A stretch of 64,000 nt of DNA from Pristiophorus japonicus (lineage: Eukaryota), in assembly GCF_044704955.1 (NCBI RefSeq), contig NW_027254485.1, forward strand, positions 248,001-312,000. Reading direction: 5' to 3'. The notes below the pieces were generated by a model. It ran no database searches and was not told where the DNA came from. It saw only the letters and a list, made by a program, of their open reading frames with translations. This document shows, one piece after another, positions 1 to 11,876 of the stretch (within the stretch, counting starts at the first letter, position 1; each line of letters starts with the position of its first letter). A program made the translations under genes and the position numbers.

Positions 1-190
1 GCTCTGACCTCCACCGACCCCGCTCTGACCCACACTGACCCCCACCCACCCCGCTCTGACCCCCAACCACCCCGCTCTGACCTCCACCGACCCCGCTCTG
101 ACCTCCACCGACCCCGCTCTGACCCCCACCCACCCCGCTCTGACCCGCTCTGACCCCCACCCACCCCGCTCTGACCCCCACTGACCCCCC
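1..190. repeat. C-rich minisatellite (core ccccgctctgacc, ~22 bp), truncated by the window edge
   Basis: Direct reading. Confidence 0.85.
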
Positions 191-387
191 AGTCCCAGGG
201 TGGAAGATGACCGACTGATATCACCGTGCCGCCCGCTCTGGAAACGTTCAGCAGCTCTGGCCGCGGCTGGGGTCAGAGAAACGTTTCCGGTCCGTGACCT
301 TTCATCACAACTTTGTTTTCAAATTCAGATTTCCAGGTTTTTATTTTGTTTTCCTGTTTTTAAAAAAGACTCGCCTTTGTATAGCGC

Positions 388-1672
388 CCTTCACAGTCGC
401 AGGGTGTTCCCGGGGGGGTGTCCCCGGGGGGCTTCACAGTCGCAGGGTGTCCCAGGGGGGTGTCCCCGGGGGGTGTCCCCGGGGGGCTTCACAGTCGCAG
501 GGTGTCCCAGGGGGGTGTCCCGGGGGGGTGTCCCCGGGAGTGTGTCCCCAGGGGGGCTTCACAGTCGCAGGGTGTCCCCGGTCGCAGGGTGTCCCAGAGG
601 GGGTGTCCCCGGGGGGCTTCACAGTCGCAGGGTGTCCCAGGGGGGTGTCCCGGGGGGGTGACCCTGGGAGTGTGTCCCCAGGGGGGTGTCCCCGGTCGCA
701 GGGTGTCCCCGGTCGCAGGGTGTCCCCGGGGGGTGTCTCCGGGGGACTTCAGGTTCGCAGGGTGTTCCCAGGGGGTGTCCCTTGGGGGGGCTTCACGGTC
801 CCAGAGGGGGTGTCCCAGAGGGGGTGTCCTCAGGGGGTGTCCCCGGTCGCAGGGTGTTGTCGAAATCTCGACCTCAGAAAAGAATGACTCCGACACTTAC
901 AGCTCCGATGGAAGTTTCCCTTTTAATTTACTTGCTCGCAAGGGGTAGGTTTCACTCAGTCAAGGGCTAAATGAAACCTCCCCAATGGTACAGCTTCACA
1001 AGATATTTATACAGTAAAACCCAAGTTCTGGCCTCTCCCTGTGTATTGCTCTGTCTCACAGTCAGTGAATACAGATAAAGAGTTAATTACTATATCCTGG
1101 TCCTGAAATGGTGTCAAGATATTTCCTTTTGTCAGGGTTATCAGAAAGCCAAACGGCCATTACTCCATGAGTCATAGGTAATGGGCTATCACCTGTCTTG
1201 TATTGTGTCAGGATTATCCAATTTCCTGGTCAGTTTACCTGTTTGCTTCAAATGGATGAGGTAAAGGAAAGAGATAATGGCTAGAAGATAAGGGTGGGGT
1301 GACATGGAACTCCTGTAGTGTCGACAATAGGAGAGCACCATGGGGGGTTACTTGTCTCAGCATGACTTGTCTCCTAGCTGTCTGATAACCATCAGCCATC
1401 TAACAGCAGGTTTAGCTGTTCATAATAAGCTGGCTGCTAAAATGCAGAAAGTTCTGGAAGGGCCAGGACTCCATTTTAATCAAAAGGCACACAAATACCG
1501 TATGGTATCAGCTTAGATAAAAATACATTTCCACAGTGTCCCTGGGGGGTGTCCCCGGGGGGTGTCCCTGGTCGCAGGATGTCCCTGGGGGGGGGGGAGG
1601 GTGTCCCTGGGGGGGGGGAGGGTGTCCCTGGGGGGTGTCCCCGGGGGGGCTTCACAGTCGCAGGGTGTCCCA
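388..1672. repeat. G-rich imperfect repeat (gggtgtcccc / cttcacagtcgcagggtgtcc) at 388-857 and 1536-1672, expanded from a SINE tail and split by the LTR
   Basis: Preceded by aaagactcgcctttgtatagcgccct and followed by cagccaatgaagtacttttggag. The same two motifs occur contiguously in SINE copies at ~58000-58080 and ~50155-50230. Confidence 0.75.
858..1535 (-). mobile_element. Solo LTR (ERV/Gypsy-like), 678 bp
   Basis: Termini TGTCGAAAT...ATTTCCACA (TG..CA, 8/9 inverted match). 4-bp TSD GTGT at 854-857 and 1536-1539. Minus-strand TATAAA (1011-1006) upstream of ATTAAA (927-922). Interrupts a G-rich tandem repeat that resumes after it. Confidence 0.8.
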
Positions 1673-1720
1673 GAGAGCTACGCAGCCAATGAAGTACTTT
1701 TGGAGTGTGGTCACAGATTG

Positions 1721-1890
1721 TCGGGTCATTATCACATTGCTGTGTGTGGGAGCTTGCTGTGCACAAATTGGCTGTCGCATTTCCCACATTACAACAGTGA
1801 CCACACTCCAAAAGTACTTCATTGGCTGTAAAGTGCTTTGGGATGTCCGGTGGTTGTGAAAGGCGCTATATAAATGCGTCTTTCTTTCAT
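1721..1890 (+). mobile_element. SINE 3' fragment (Deu-type SINE with L2-like tail)
   Basis: Ends ...gtgaaaggcgctatataaatgcgtctttctttc, the reverse complement of the tail at ~57990-58030. Confidence 0.7.
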
Positions 1891-2297
1891 TCTTGCTCTC
1901 TCTCCTTTCTCGCTCTCTGTTACTCTCACCCTCTCTATCCTACACAACCTCCACACACACACACACTTGTTCCTTAGTTTTTAGCAATTTCTTTCCCCCC
2001 GTCAAATTCTGAGGAATGGAGTCACCTGTGATAACGTGTCCGTTTACATCAATCTCTGCCCAGTCTGATCCTTGCCCTATTCCTGAGAGTTCATTAATCA
2101 CCGCCATTAATTGCCTTTTACTGCAATCGCTTTATCACCAAGGGCTTAGATTTCCTTTCTAATTTTTCAGGTCAGTGTGGCTGGCATTTATTGCCCATCC
2201 CTAGTTGCCCTGGGGGTGTGTGTGACTGGAGTCACATGTAGGCCCAGACCGGGGAGGGGGCGGCAGGTTCACTTCCCTGAAGAACGTTAATGAATCG

Positions 2298-2848
2298 GGG
2301 TCACAGTCTCAGAATAAGGGGTCGGCCATTTAAACCTGAGATAAGGAGAAACTTCTTCACTCAGAGGGGGGTGAATCTCTGCAATTCTCTGCCGCCGAGG
2401 GCTGGAGGCTCAGCCTTTCAGTATATTTAAGACGGAGATCGATAGATTTTTGGATATTAAGGGAATCGAGGGATATGGGGATAGTGCAGGAAAGTGGAGT
2501 TGAGGTCGAAGATCAGCCATGATCTTATTAAATGGCGGGGCAGGCTCGAGGGGCCGAATGGCAGACTCCTGCTCCTAATTCTTGTGTTCTTGTGAACCCG
2601 GTGGGTTTTTACCACAATCCGGCAGCTTCTCCCGAAGGAAAAGGGGTAAGCCATTTAGGACTGAGATGAGGAAAACTTCATCACTCAGAGAATTGTGAAC
2701 CTGTGGAATTCACTACCACAGAAAGTTGTTGAGGCCAGTTCGTTCGATATATTCAAAAGGGAGTTAGATGTGGCCCTTACGGCTAAAGGGCTCAAGGGGT
2801 ATTGAGCAAAAGCAGGAATGGGGAACTGAAGTTGCATGATCAGCCATG
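2298..2848 (+). mobile_element. Two tandem CR1 LINE 3'-end fragments
   Basis: Encode remnants of GHSL-x-IRGRPF-x-x-E-x-RRNFFTQR plus a CR1 3' UTR. Confidence 0.8.
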
Positions 2849-2852
2849 TCAC

Positions 2853-5800
2853 AGGAACCAATGTCCTAGGGGGAGTGTTTGCTAGTGCTGTTGGGGAGGA
2901 GTTAAACTAATATGGCAGGGGGATGGGAACCAATGCAGGGAGACAGAGGGAAACAAAATGGAGACAGAAGCAAAAGACAGAAAGGAAATGAGTAAAAGTG
3001 GAGGGCAGAGAAACCCAAGGCAAAAAATAAAAAGGGCCACTTTGCAGCAACATTCTAAAGGGTATAAGTGTGTTAAAAAGGCAAGCCTGAAGGCTCTGTG
3101 CCTCAATGCGAGGAGTATTCAGAATAAGGTGGATGAATTAACTGTGCAGATAGCAGTTAACGGATACGATGTGGTTGGCATCACAGAGACATGGCTCCAG
3201 GGTGACCAAGGCTGGGAACTCAACATCCAGGGGTTTCAACATTTAGGAAAGATAGACAGAAAGGAAAAGGAGCTGGGGTGGTGTTGCTGGTTACAGAGGA
3301 AATTAATGCAATTGTAACGAAAGATATTAGCGTGGATGATGTGGAATCGGTATGGGTGGAGCTACGGAATACCAAGGGGCAGAAAACGCAAGTGGGAGTT
3401 GTGTACAGACTTCCAAACAGTAGTAGTGATGTTGGGGAGGGGATCAAACTGGAAATTAGGGGTGCATGCAATAAAGGTTCAGCAGTTATCATGGGTGACT
3501 TTAATATGCATATAGATTGGGCTAACCAAACTGGAAGCAATATGGTGGAGGAGGATTTCCTGGAGGGCTTCCTGGGATGGTTTTCTAGACCAATATGTCA
3601 AGGAACCAACTAGGGAGGAGGCCATCTTAGACTGGGTGTTGTGTAATGAGAGAGGATTAATTAGCAATCTCGTTGTGCGAGGCCCCTTGGGGAAGAGTGA
3701 CCATAATATGGTGGAATTCTACATCAGGATGGAGAATAAAATGGTTAATTCAGAGACCATGGTCCAGAACTTAAAGAAGGGTAACTTTGAAGGTATGAGG
3801 CGTGAATTGGCTAGGATAGATTGGCGAATGATACTGAAGGGGTTGACTGTGGATGGGCAATGGCAGACATTTAGAGACCGCATGGATGAACTACAACAAT
3901 TGTACATTCCTGTCTGGCGTTAAAATAAAAAAGGGAAGGTGGCTCAACCGTGGCTATCTAGGGAAATCAGGGATAGTATTAAAGCCAAGGAAGTGGCATA
4001 CAAATTGGCCAGAAATAGCAGTGAACCCGGGGACTGGGAGAAATTTAGAACTCAGCAAAGGAGGAAAAAGGGTTTGATTAGGGCAGGGAAAATGGAGTAC
4101 GAGAAGAAGCTTGCAGGGAACATTAAGACGGACTGCAAAAGTTTCTATAGATATGTAAAGAGAAAAAGATGAGTAAAGACAAACGTAGGTCCCCTGCAGT
4201 CAGAATCAGGGGAAGTCATAACGGGGAACAAAGAAATGGCAGACCAATTGAACAAGTACTTTGGTTCGGTATTCACTGAGGAGGACACAAACAACCTTCT
4301 GGATATAAAAGGGGTCAGAGGGTCTAGTAAGGAGGAGGAACTGAGGGAAATCCTTATTAGTCGGGAAATTGTGTTGGGGAAATTGATGGGATTGAAGGCC
4401 GATAAATCCCCAGGGCCTGATGGACTGCATCCCAGAGTACTTAAGGAGGTGGCCTTGGAAATAGCGGATGCATTGACAGTCATTTTCCAACATTCCATAG
4501 ACTCTGGATCAGTTCCTATCGAGTGGAGGGTAGCCAATGTAACACCACTTTTTAAAAAATGAGCGAGAGAGAAAACAGGGAATTATAGACCGGTCAGCCT
4601 GACTTCCGTAGTGGGTAAAATGATGGAATCAATTATTAAGGATATCATAGCAGCGCATTTGGAAAGAGGTGACATGCTAGGACTAAGTCAGCATGGATTT
4701 GTGAAAGGGAAATCATGCTTGACAAATCTTCTGGAATTTTTTGAGGATGTTTCCAGTAGAATGGACAAGGGAGAACCAGTTGATGTGGTGTATTTGGACT
4801 TTCAGAAGGCTTTCGACAAGGTCCCACACAAGAGATTAATGTGCAAAGTTAAAGCACATGGGATTGGGGGTAGTGTGCTGACATGGATTGAGAACTGGTT
4901 GGCAGACAGAAAGCAAAGAGTAGGAGTAAATGGGTACGTTTCAGAATGGGAGGCAGTGACTAGTGGGGTACCGCAAGGTTCTGTACTGGGGCCCCAGCTG
5001 TTTACATTGTACATTAATGATTAAGATGAGGGGATTAAATGTAGTTTCTCCAAATTTGCGGATGACACTACGTTGGGTGGCAGTGTGAGCTGCGAGGAGG
5101 ATGCTATGAGGCTGCAGAGTGACTTGGATAGGTTAGGTGAGTGGGCAAATGCATGGCAGATGAAGTATAATCTGGATCATTGTGAGGTTATCCACTTTGG
5201 TGGTAAAAACGGAGAGACAGACTATTATCTGAATGATGACAGATTAGGAAAAGGAGAGGTGCAACGAGACCTGGGTGTCATGGTACATCAGTCATTGAAG
5301 GTTGGCATGCAGGTACAGCAGGCGGTTAAGAAAGCAAATGGCATGTTGGCCTTCAAAGCGAGGGGATTTGAGTACAGGGGCAGGGAGGTGTTACTACAGT
5401 TGTACAGGGCCTTGGTGAGGCCACACCTGGAATATTGTGTACAGTTTTGGTCTCCTAACTTGAGGAAGGACATTCTTGCTATTGAGGGAGTGCAGCGAAG
5501 GTTCACCAGACTGATTCCCGGGATGGTGGGACTGACATATCAAGAAAGATTGGATCAACTTGGCTTGTATTCACTGGAGTTCAGAAGAATGAGAGGGGAC
5601 CTCATAGAAACGTTTAAAATTCTGACGGGGTTAGACAGGTTAGATGCAGGAAGAATGTTCCCAATGTTGGGGAAGTCCAGAACCAAGGGTCACAGTCTAA
5701 GGATAAGGGGTAAGCCATTTAGGACCGAGATGAGGAGAAATTTCTTCACCCAGAGAGTGGTGAACCTGTGGAATTCTCTAACACAGAAAGTTGTTGAGGC

Positions 5801-5990
5801 CAATTCACTAAATATATTCAAAAAGGAGTTAGATGTAGTCCTTACTACTCGGGGGATCAAGGGGAATGGCGAGAAAGCAGGAATGGGGTGCTGAAGTTGA
5901 ATGTTCAGCCATGAACTCATTGAATGGCGCTGCAGGCTCGAAAGGCCGAATGGCCTACTCCTGCACCTATTTCCTGTGTTTCTATGTTCT
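2853..5990 (+). mobile_element. CR1-clade LINE, near-complete ORF2 (APE endonuclease plus RT), disrupted
   Basis: LNARSI, ITETW, GDFN, SDH endonuclease motifs; QHGF, YLDFQKAFDKV, GVPQGSVLGP, FADD RT motifs; several stops and frameshifts; ends in a tttctatg-type microsatellite tail. Confidence 0.95.
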
Positions 5991-6615
5991 ATTAATCTCC
6001 CAATCACTGTTCAGTGCATTAATCTCCCAATCAACTTCAATGCATTAATCTCCCAATCAATATCAGCGCATTAATCTCCCAATCAATGTCAGCGCATTAA
6101 TCTCCCAATCAATGTCAGTGCACTAATCTCCCAATCAATGTCAGTGTATTAATCCCCCAATCAATGTCAGTGCATTAATCTCTCAATGAACGTCAGTGCA
6201 TTAATCTCCCAATCAATGTCATCGCATTAATCTCTCAATGAACGTCAGTGCATTAATCTCCCAATCAATGTCATCGCATTAATCACCCAATCAATGTCAG
6301 CGCATTAATACCCAATCAATGTCAGCGCATTAATCTCCCAATCAATGTCAGTGCATTAATCTCCCAATCAATGTCATCGCATTAATCTCTCAATGAACGT
6401 CAGTGCATTATATCCCAATCAATGTCAGTGCATTAATCTCCCAATCAATGGTCACCGTATTAATCTCCCAATCACTGTTCAATGCATTAATCTCCCAATC
6501 AATGTCAGCGCATTAATCTCCCAATCAATGTCAGTGCATTAATCTCCCAATCAATGTCAGCGCATTAATCTCCCAATCAACATCAGTGCATTAATTTCCC
6601 AATCAATGTCAGTGC

Positions 6616-8585
6616 AAACTCGGGGATTGGGAGCAATTTAGAAATCAGCAGAGGATGACAAAGGTTTTGATTTGGGCAGGGAAAATGGAGTTCGAGAAGA
6701 AGCTTGCAGGGAACATTAAGACGGATTGCAAAGGTTTCTATAGATATGTAAAGAGAAAAAGGTTAGTAAAGACAAATGTAGGTCCCCTGCAGTCAGAATC
6801 AGGGGAAGTCATAATGGGGAACAAAGAAATGGCAGACCAATTGAACAAGTACTTTGGTTCAGTATTCACTAAGGAGGACACAAACAACCTTCCGGATATA
6901 AAAGGGGTCAGAGGGTCTAGTAAGGAGGAGGAACTGAGGGAAATCCTTATTAGTTGGGAAATTGTGTTGGGGAAATTGATGGGATTGAAGGCCGATAAAT
7001 CCCCAGAGCCTGGTGGACTGCATCCCACAGTACTTAAGGAGGTGGCCTTGGAAATAGCGGATGCATTGATAGTCATTTTCCAACATTCCATTGACTCTGG
7101 ATCAGTTCCTATCGAGTGGAGTGTAGCCAATGTAACCCCACTTTTTAAAAAAGGACGGAGAGAGAAAACAGGGAATTATAGACTGGTCAGCCTGACATCG
7201 GTAGTGGGTAAAATGATGGAATCAATTATTAAGGATGTCATAGCAGCGCATTTGGAAAGAGGTGACATGATAGGTCCAAGTCAGCATGGATTTGTGAAAG
7301 GGAAATCATGCTTGACAAATCTTCTGGAATTGTTTGAGGATGTTTCCAGTAGAGTGGACAAGGGAGAACCAGTTGATGTGGTATATTTGGACTTTCAGAA
7401 GGCTTTCGACAAGGTCCAACACAAGAGATTAATGTGCAAAGTTAAAGCACATGGGATTGGGGGTAGTGTGCTGACATGGATTGAGAACTGGTTGTCAGAC
7501 AGGAAGCAAAGAGTAGGAGTAAATGGGGACTTTTCAGAATGGCAGGCAGTGACTAATGGGGTACCGCAAGGTTCTGTGCTGGGGCCCCAGCTGTTTACAC
7601 TTTACATTAATGATTTAGACGAGGGGATTAAATGTAGTATCTCCAAATTTGCGGATGACACTAAGTTAGGTGGCAGTGTGAGCTGCGAGGAGGATGCTAT
7701 GAGGCTGCAGAGTAACTTGGATAGGTTTGGTGAGTGGGCAAATGCATGGCAGATGAAGTATAATGTGGATAAATGTGAGGTTATCCACTTCGGTGGTTAA
7801 AAACAGAGAGACAGAGTATTATCTGAATGGTGACAGATTAGGAAAAGGGGAGGTGCAACGAGACCTGGGTGTCATGGTACGTCAGTCATTGAAGGTTGGT
7901 ATGCAGGTACAGCAGGCGGTTAAGAAAGCAAATGGCATGTTGGCCTTCATAGCGAGGGGATTTGAGTACAGGGGCAGGGAGGTGTTGGTACAGTTGTACA
8001 GGGCCTTGGTGAGGCCACACCTGGAGTATTGTGTACAGTTTTGGTCTCCTAACTTGAGGAAGGACATTCTTGCTATCGAGGGAGTGCAGCGAAGGTTCAC
8101 CAGACTGATTCCTGGGATGGCGGGACTGACCTATCAAGAAAGACTGGATCAACTGGGCTTGTATTCACTGGAGTTCAGAAGAATGAGAGGGGACCTCATA
8201 GAAACGTTTAAAATTCTGATGGGTTCAGACAGGTTAGATGCAGGAAGAATGTTCCCAATGTTGGGGAAGTCCAGAACCAGGGGTCACAGTCTAAGGATAA
8301 GGGGTAAGCCATTTAGGACCGAGATGAGGAGAAACTTCTTCACCCAGAGAGTGGTGAACCTGTAGAATTCTCTAACACAGAAAGTTGTTGAGGCCAATTC
8401 ACTAAATATATTCAAAAAGGAGTTAGATGTAGTCCTTACTACTCGGGGGATCAAGGGTTATGGCGAGAAAGCAGGAATGTTGTACTGAAGTTGCATGTTC
8501 AGCCATGAACTCATTGAATGGCGGTGCAGGCTAGAAGGGCTGAATGGCCTACTCCTGCACCTATTTTCTATGTTTCTATGTTTCT
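6616..8585 (+). mobile_element. CR1 LINE, 5'-truncated (same subfamily as 2853-5990)
   Basis: ORFs 6655-7800 and 7763-8365 encode RT; (tttctatg)n tail. Confidence 0.95.
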
Positions 8586-8781
8586 ATTAATCTCCCAATC
8601 AATGTCAGTGCATTAATCTCCCAATCAATGTCAGTGCATTAATCTCCCAATCAATGTCAGTGCATTAATCTCCCAATCAATATCAGTGCACTAATCTCCC
8701 AATCAGTGTCACCGCATTAATCTCCCAATCAATGTCAGTGCATTAATCTCCCAATCAATGTCAGTGCATTAATCTCCCAAT

Positions 8782-10314
8782 CATAAGAACATAAGAACAT
8801 AAGAATTAGGAACAGGAGTAGGCCATCTAGCCCCTCGAGCCTGCTCCACCATTCAACAAGATCATGGCTGATCTGGCCGTGGACTCAGTTCCACTTACCC
8901 GTCTGCTCCCCGTAACCCTTAATTCCCTTATTGGTTAAAAATCTATCTATCTGTGATTTGAATACATTCAATGAGCTAGCCTCAACTGCTTCCTTGGGCA
9001 GAGAATTCCACAGGTTCACAACCCTCTGGGAGAAGAAATTCCTTCTCAACTCAGTTTTAAATTGGCTCCCCTGTATTTTGAGGCTGTGCCCCCTAGTTCT
9101 AGTCTCCCCGACCAGTGGAAACAACCTCTCTGCCTCTTATCTTGTCTATCCCTTTCATTTTTTTAAATGTTTCTATAAGATCACCCCTCATCCTTCTGAA
9201 CTCCAACGATTAAAGACCCAGTCTACTCAATCTATCATCATAAGGTAACTCCCTCATCTCCGGAATCAGCCGAGTGAATCGTCTCTGTACCCCCTCCAAA
9301 GCTAGTATATCCTTCCTTAAGTAAGGTGAGCAAAACTGCACGCAGTACTCCAGGTGCGGCCTCACCAATACCCTGTACAGTTGCAGCAGGACCTCCCTGC
9401 TTTTGTACTCCATCCCTCTCGCAATGAAGGCCAACATTCCATTCGCCTTCCTGATTACCTGCTGCACCTGCAAACTAACTTTTTGGGATTCATGCACAAG
9501 GACCCCCAGGTCCATCTGCACCGCAGCATGTTGCAATTTCTCCCCATTCAAATAATATTCCCTTTTACTGTTTTGTTTTCCAAGGTGGATGACCTCACAT
9601 TTTATGACATTGTATTCCATCTGGCAAACATTAGCCCATTCGCTTAACCTATCTCAATCTCTTTGCAGCCTCTGTGTCCTCTACACAACCCGCTTTCCCA
9701 CTAATCTTTGTGTCATCTGCAAATTTTGTTGCGCTACACTCTGTCCCCTCTTCCAGGTCATCTATGTATATTGTAAACAGTTGTGGTCCCAGCACCGATC
9801 CCTGTGGCACACCACTAACCACCAATTTCCAACCTGAAAAGGACCCATTTATCCTGACTCTCTGCTTTCTGTTAGCCAGTCAATTCTCGATCCATGCTAA
9901 TATATTTCCTCTGACTCCGCGTACCTTTATCTTCTGCAGTAACCTTTTGTGTGGCACCTTATCGAATGCCTTTTGGAAATCTAAATACACCACATCCATC
10001 GGTACACCTCTATCCACCATGCTCGTTATATCCTCAAAGAAGTAAATTAGTTAAACATGATTTCCCCTTCATGAATCCATGTTGCGTCTGCTTGATTGCA
10101 CTATTCCTATCTAGATGTCCTGCTATTTCTTCCTTAATGATGGTTTCAAGCATTTTCCTTACTACAGATGTTAAATTAACTGGCCTATAGTTACCTGCCT
10201 TTTGTCTGCCCCCTTTTTTAAACAGAGGCGTTACATTAGCTGCTTTCCAATCCGCTGGTACCTCCCCAGAGTCCAGAGAATTTTGGTCGATTATAACGAA
10301 TGCATCTGCTATAA
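8782..10314 (-). mobile_element. CR1 LINE, 5'-truncated, second subfamily ((cataagaa)n tail on +)
   Basis: Minus-strand ORFs 9210-9620 and 8885-9124 (RPHLEYCVQF, RRNFFSQRVV). Confidence 0.95.
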
Positions 10315-10644
10315 TTGTCAGTGCGTTAATCTCCCAACCAATGTCACTGCATTAATCTCCCAATCAATGTAAGTGCGTTAATCTCCCAGTCAATGTCAGT
10401 GCATTAATCTCCCAATCAATGTCAGTGCGTTAATCTCCCAATCAATGTCAGTGCATTAATCCCCCAATCAATGTCACTGCGTTAATCTCCCAGTCAATGT
10501 CACTGCATTAATCACTCCCTCAGCACTGCACTGGAGTATCAGCCTGGATGATGGGCTCAAGGATCTGGAGCGGGCTTGAACCCACTACCTTCTGATACAG
10601 AGCTGAGAATGATACCATGATTCCCAACTGAGCCATACGAGGCG

Positions 10645-11068
10645 AGACTGGATCAACTGGGCTTGTATCCACTGGAGTTTAAAAAAATGAGAGGGGATCT
10701 CATAGAAACATATAAATTTCTGACGGGATTAGACAGGTTCGAGGCAGGAAGAATGTTCCCATTGCTGGGTAGTTCCAGAACCAGGGGTCACTCTCTAAGA
10801 ATAAGGGGAAACCATTTAGGACCGAGATGAGGAGAAACTGCTTCACTCAGAGTGGTTAACCTGTGGAATTCGCGACCGTAGAAAGTTGTTGATGCCAGTT
10901 TGTTAGATATGGCCCTTACGGCTCAAGGGATCAAGGGGTATGGAGAGAAAGCAGGAAAGAGGTACTGAGGTTGCATGATCAGTCATGATCTTATTGAATG
11001 GCGGTGCAGGCTCGAAGGGCCGAATGACCTGCTCCTGCACCTAATTTCTATGTTTCTATGTTTCTATG
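10645..11068 (+). mobile_element. CR1 3' fragment ending ~150 bp upstream of the CH1 acceptor
   Basis: RLDQLGLY..MRGDLIETYK remnant; (tttctatg)n tail. Confidence 0.88.
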
Positions 11069-11218
11069 AGCCACAATACAACTGTAAGCTGGTTGTGTCA
11101 CAGTGTAACTGTTTGGGGAAATGGCTGGTGTTATACACAACACAATCTCTCCTGCTGTGTGTGCCTGTCATGCACTTTGTTTACTGGACTTATCTGTGTG
11201 CACCTATTTACCTTCCAG

Positions 11219-11539
11219 TTGTTCAGTCCAAACCATCTGTCTACATCGCCAACCCTTCCTGTGGCAGCAACTCCAACCAAGATGGGATCACCTTCCTGTG
11301 CCTGGTCAAAGATTTTCAGCCCAAGAGCATCATTCAGACATGGTCCACTAATGGTGCGGACATCACGACTGGAGTGAAGAAGTATCCGGCTGTCTTGGGG
11401 CAAAATATGGCGTACACGATGAGCAGTGTGCTCAAAGTCTCTGCAGCAGATTGGGAAACCAATCGGGTCTACTACTGCAAGGCGGGGTACAAGGCCAGTG
11501 AAATGGTGCCGGCTCAGACCCCAGAACCTGGACCTAAAA
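11219..11539 (+). CDS. IgW: IgW heavy chain constant exon CH1
   Basis: Acceptor ccttccag|TT and donor A|gtgagt; 321 nt, phase 1-1. Reads (V)VQSKPSVYIANPSCGSNSNQDGITFLCLVKDFQPKSIIQTWSTNGADITTGVKKYPAVLGQNMAYTMSSVLKVSAADWETNRVYYCKAGYKASEMVPAQTPEPGPK. C1-set Ig domain (C-x-V-x-D-F-x-P, W, YYC) with an extra N-terminal Cys (NPSC), typical of the light-chain-bonding Cys of CH1. Resembles shark IgW CH1 rather than IgM CH1. Confidence 0.92.
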
Positions 11540-11876
11540 GTGAGTACAGACATGATTGGCCATTTAAAACTGCACTGGTGTCGGGGGTGAAACTGGACGA
11601 GGAAATGTGACCAGCAATGTGGGAGGCTGTTAGGCAATAGAAGCGGTACAGAGTCCTGTGCCCCACATTCTATCCCCGGGACACCAGCGGTGCTGATGGT
11701 GGCACAATACAGGGCAATGAGAAATCACCTGAAATTGGACAATGGGCGGAGACGTAATGTCATCGGAATCGCCTCTACCGCCCGTGATATGACACGCCCG
11801 ATATTCGGGTCTAAAGTCAATGAAAGTATGTAACGGGTGACTGATGTCATACCGCCCATTGGGTCCTCGCTCGTGT

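Larger units (their letters stand above)
5991..10512. repeat. 26-bp minisatellite (attaatctcccaatcaatgtcagtgc) in three segments: 5991-6615, 8586-8782, 10316-10512
   Basis: Direct reading; segments are separated by CR1 insertions. Confidence 0.92.

Noticed and set aside
2853-8585. Active reverse transcriptase gene
   Set aside because: All LINE copies carry stops or frameshifts, or are 5'-truncated.
1-11218. JH or V/D segments upstream of CH1
   Set aside because: I found no WGxGT-type segment with an RSS and donor by eye; the region is almost entirely repeats.
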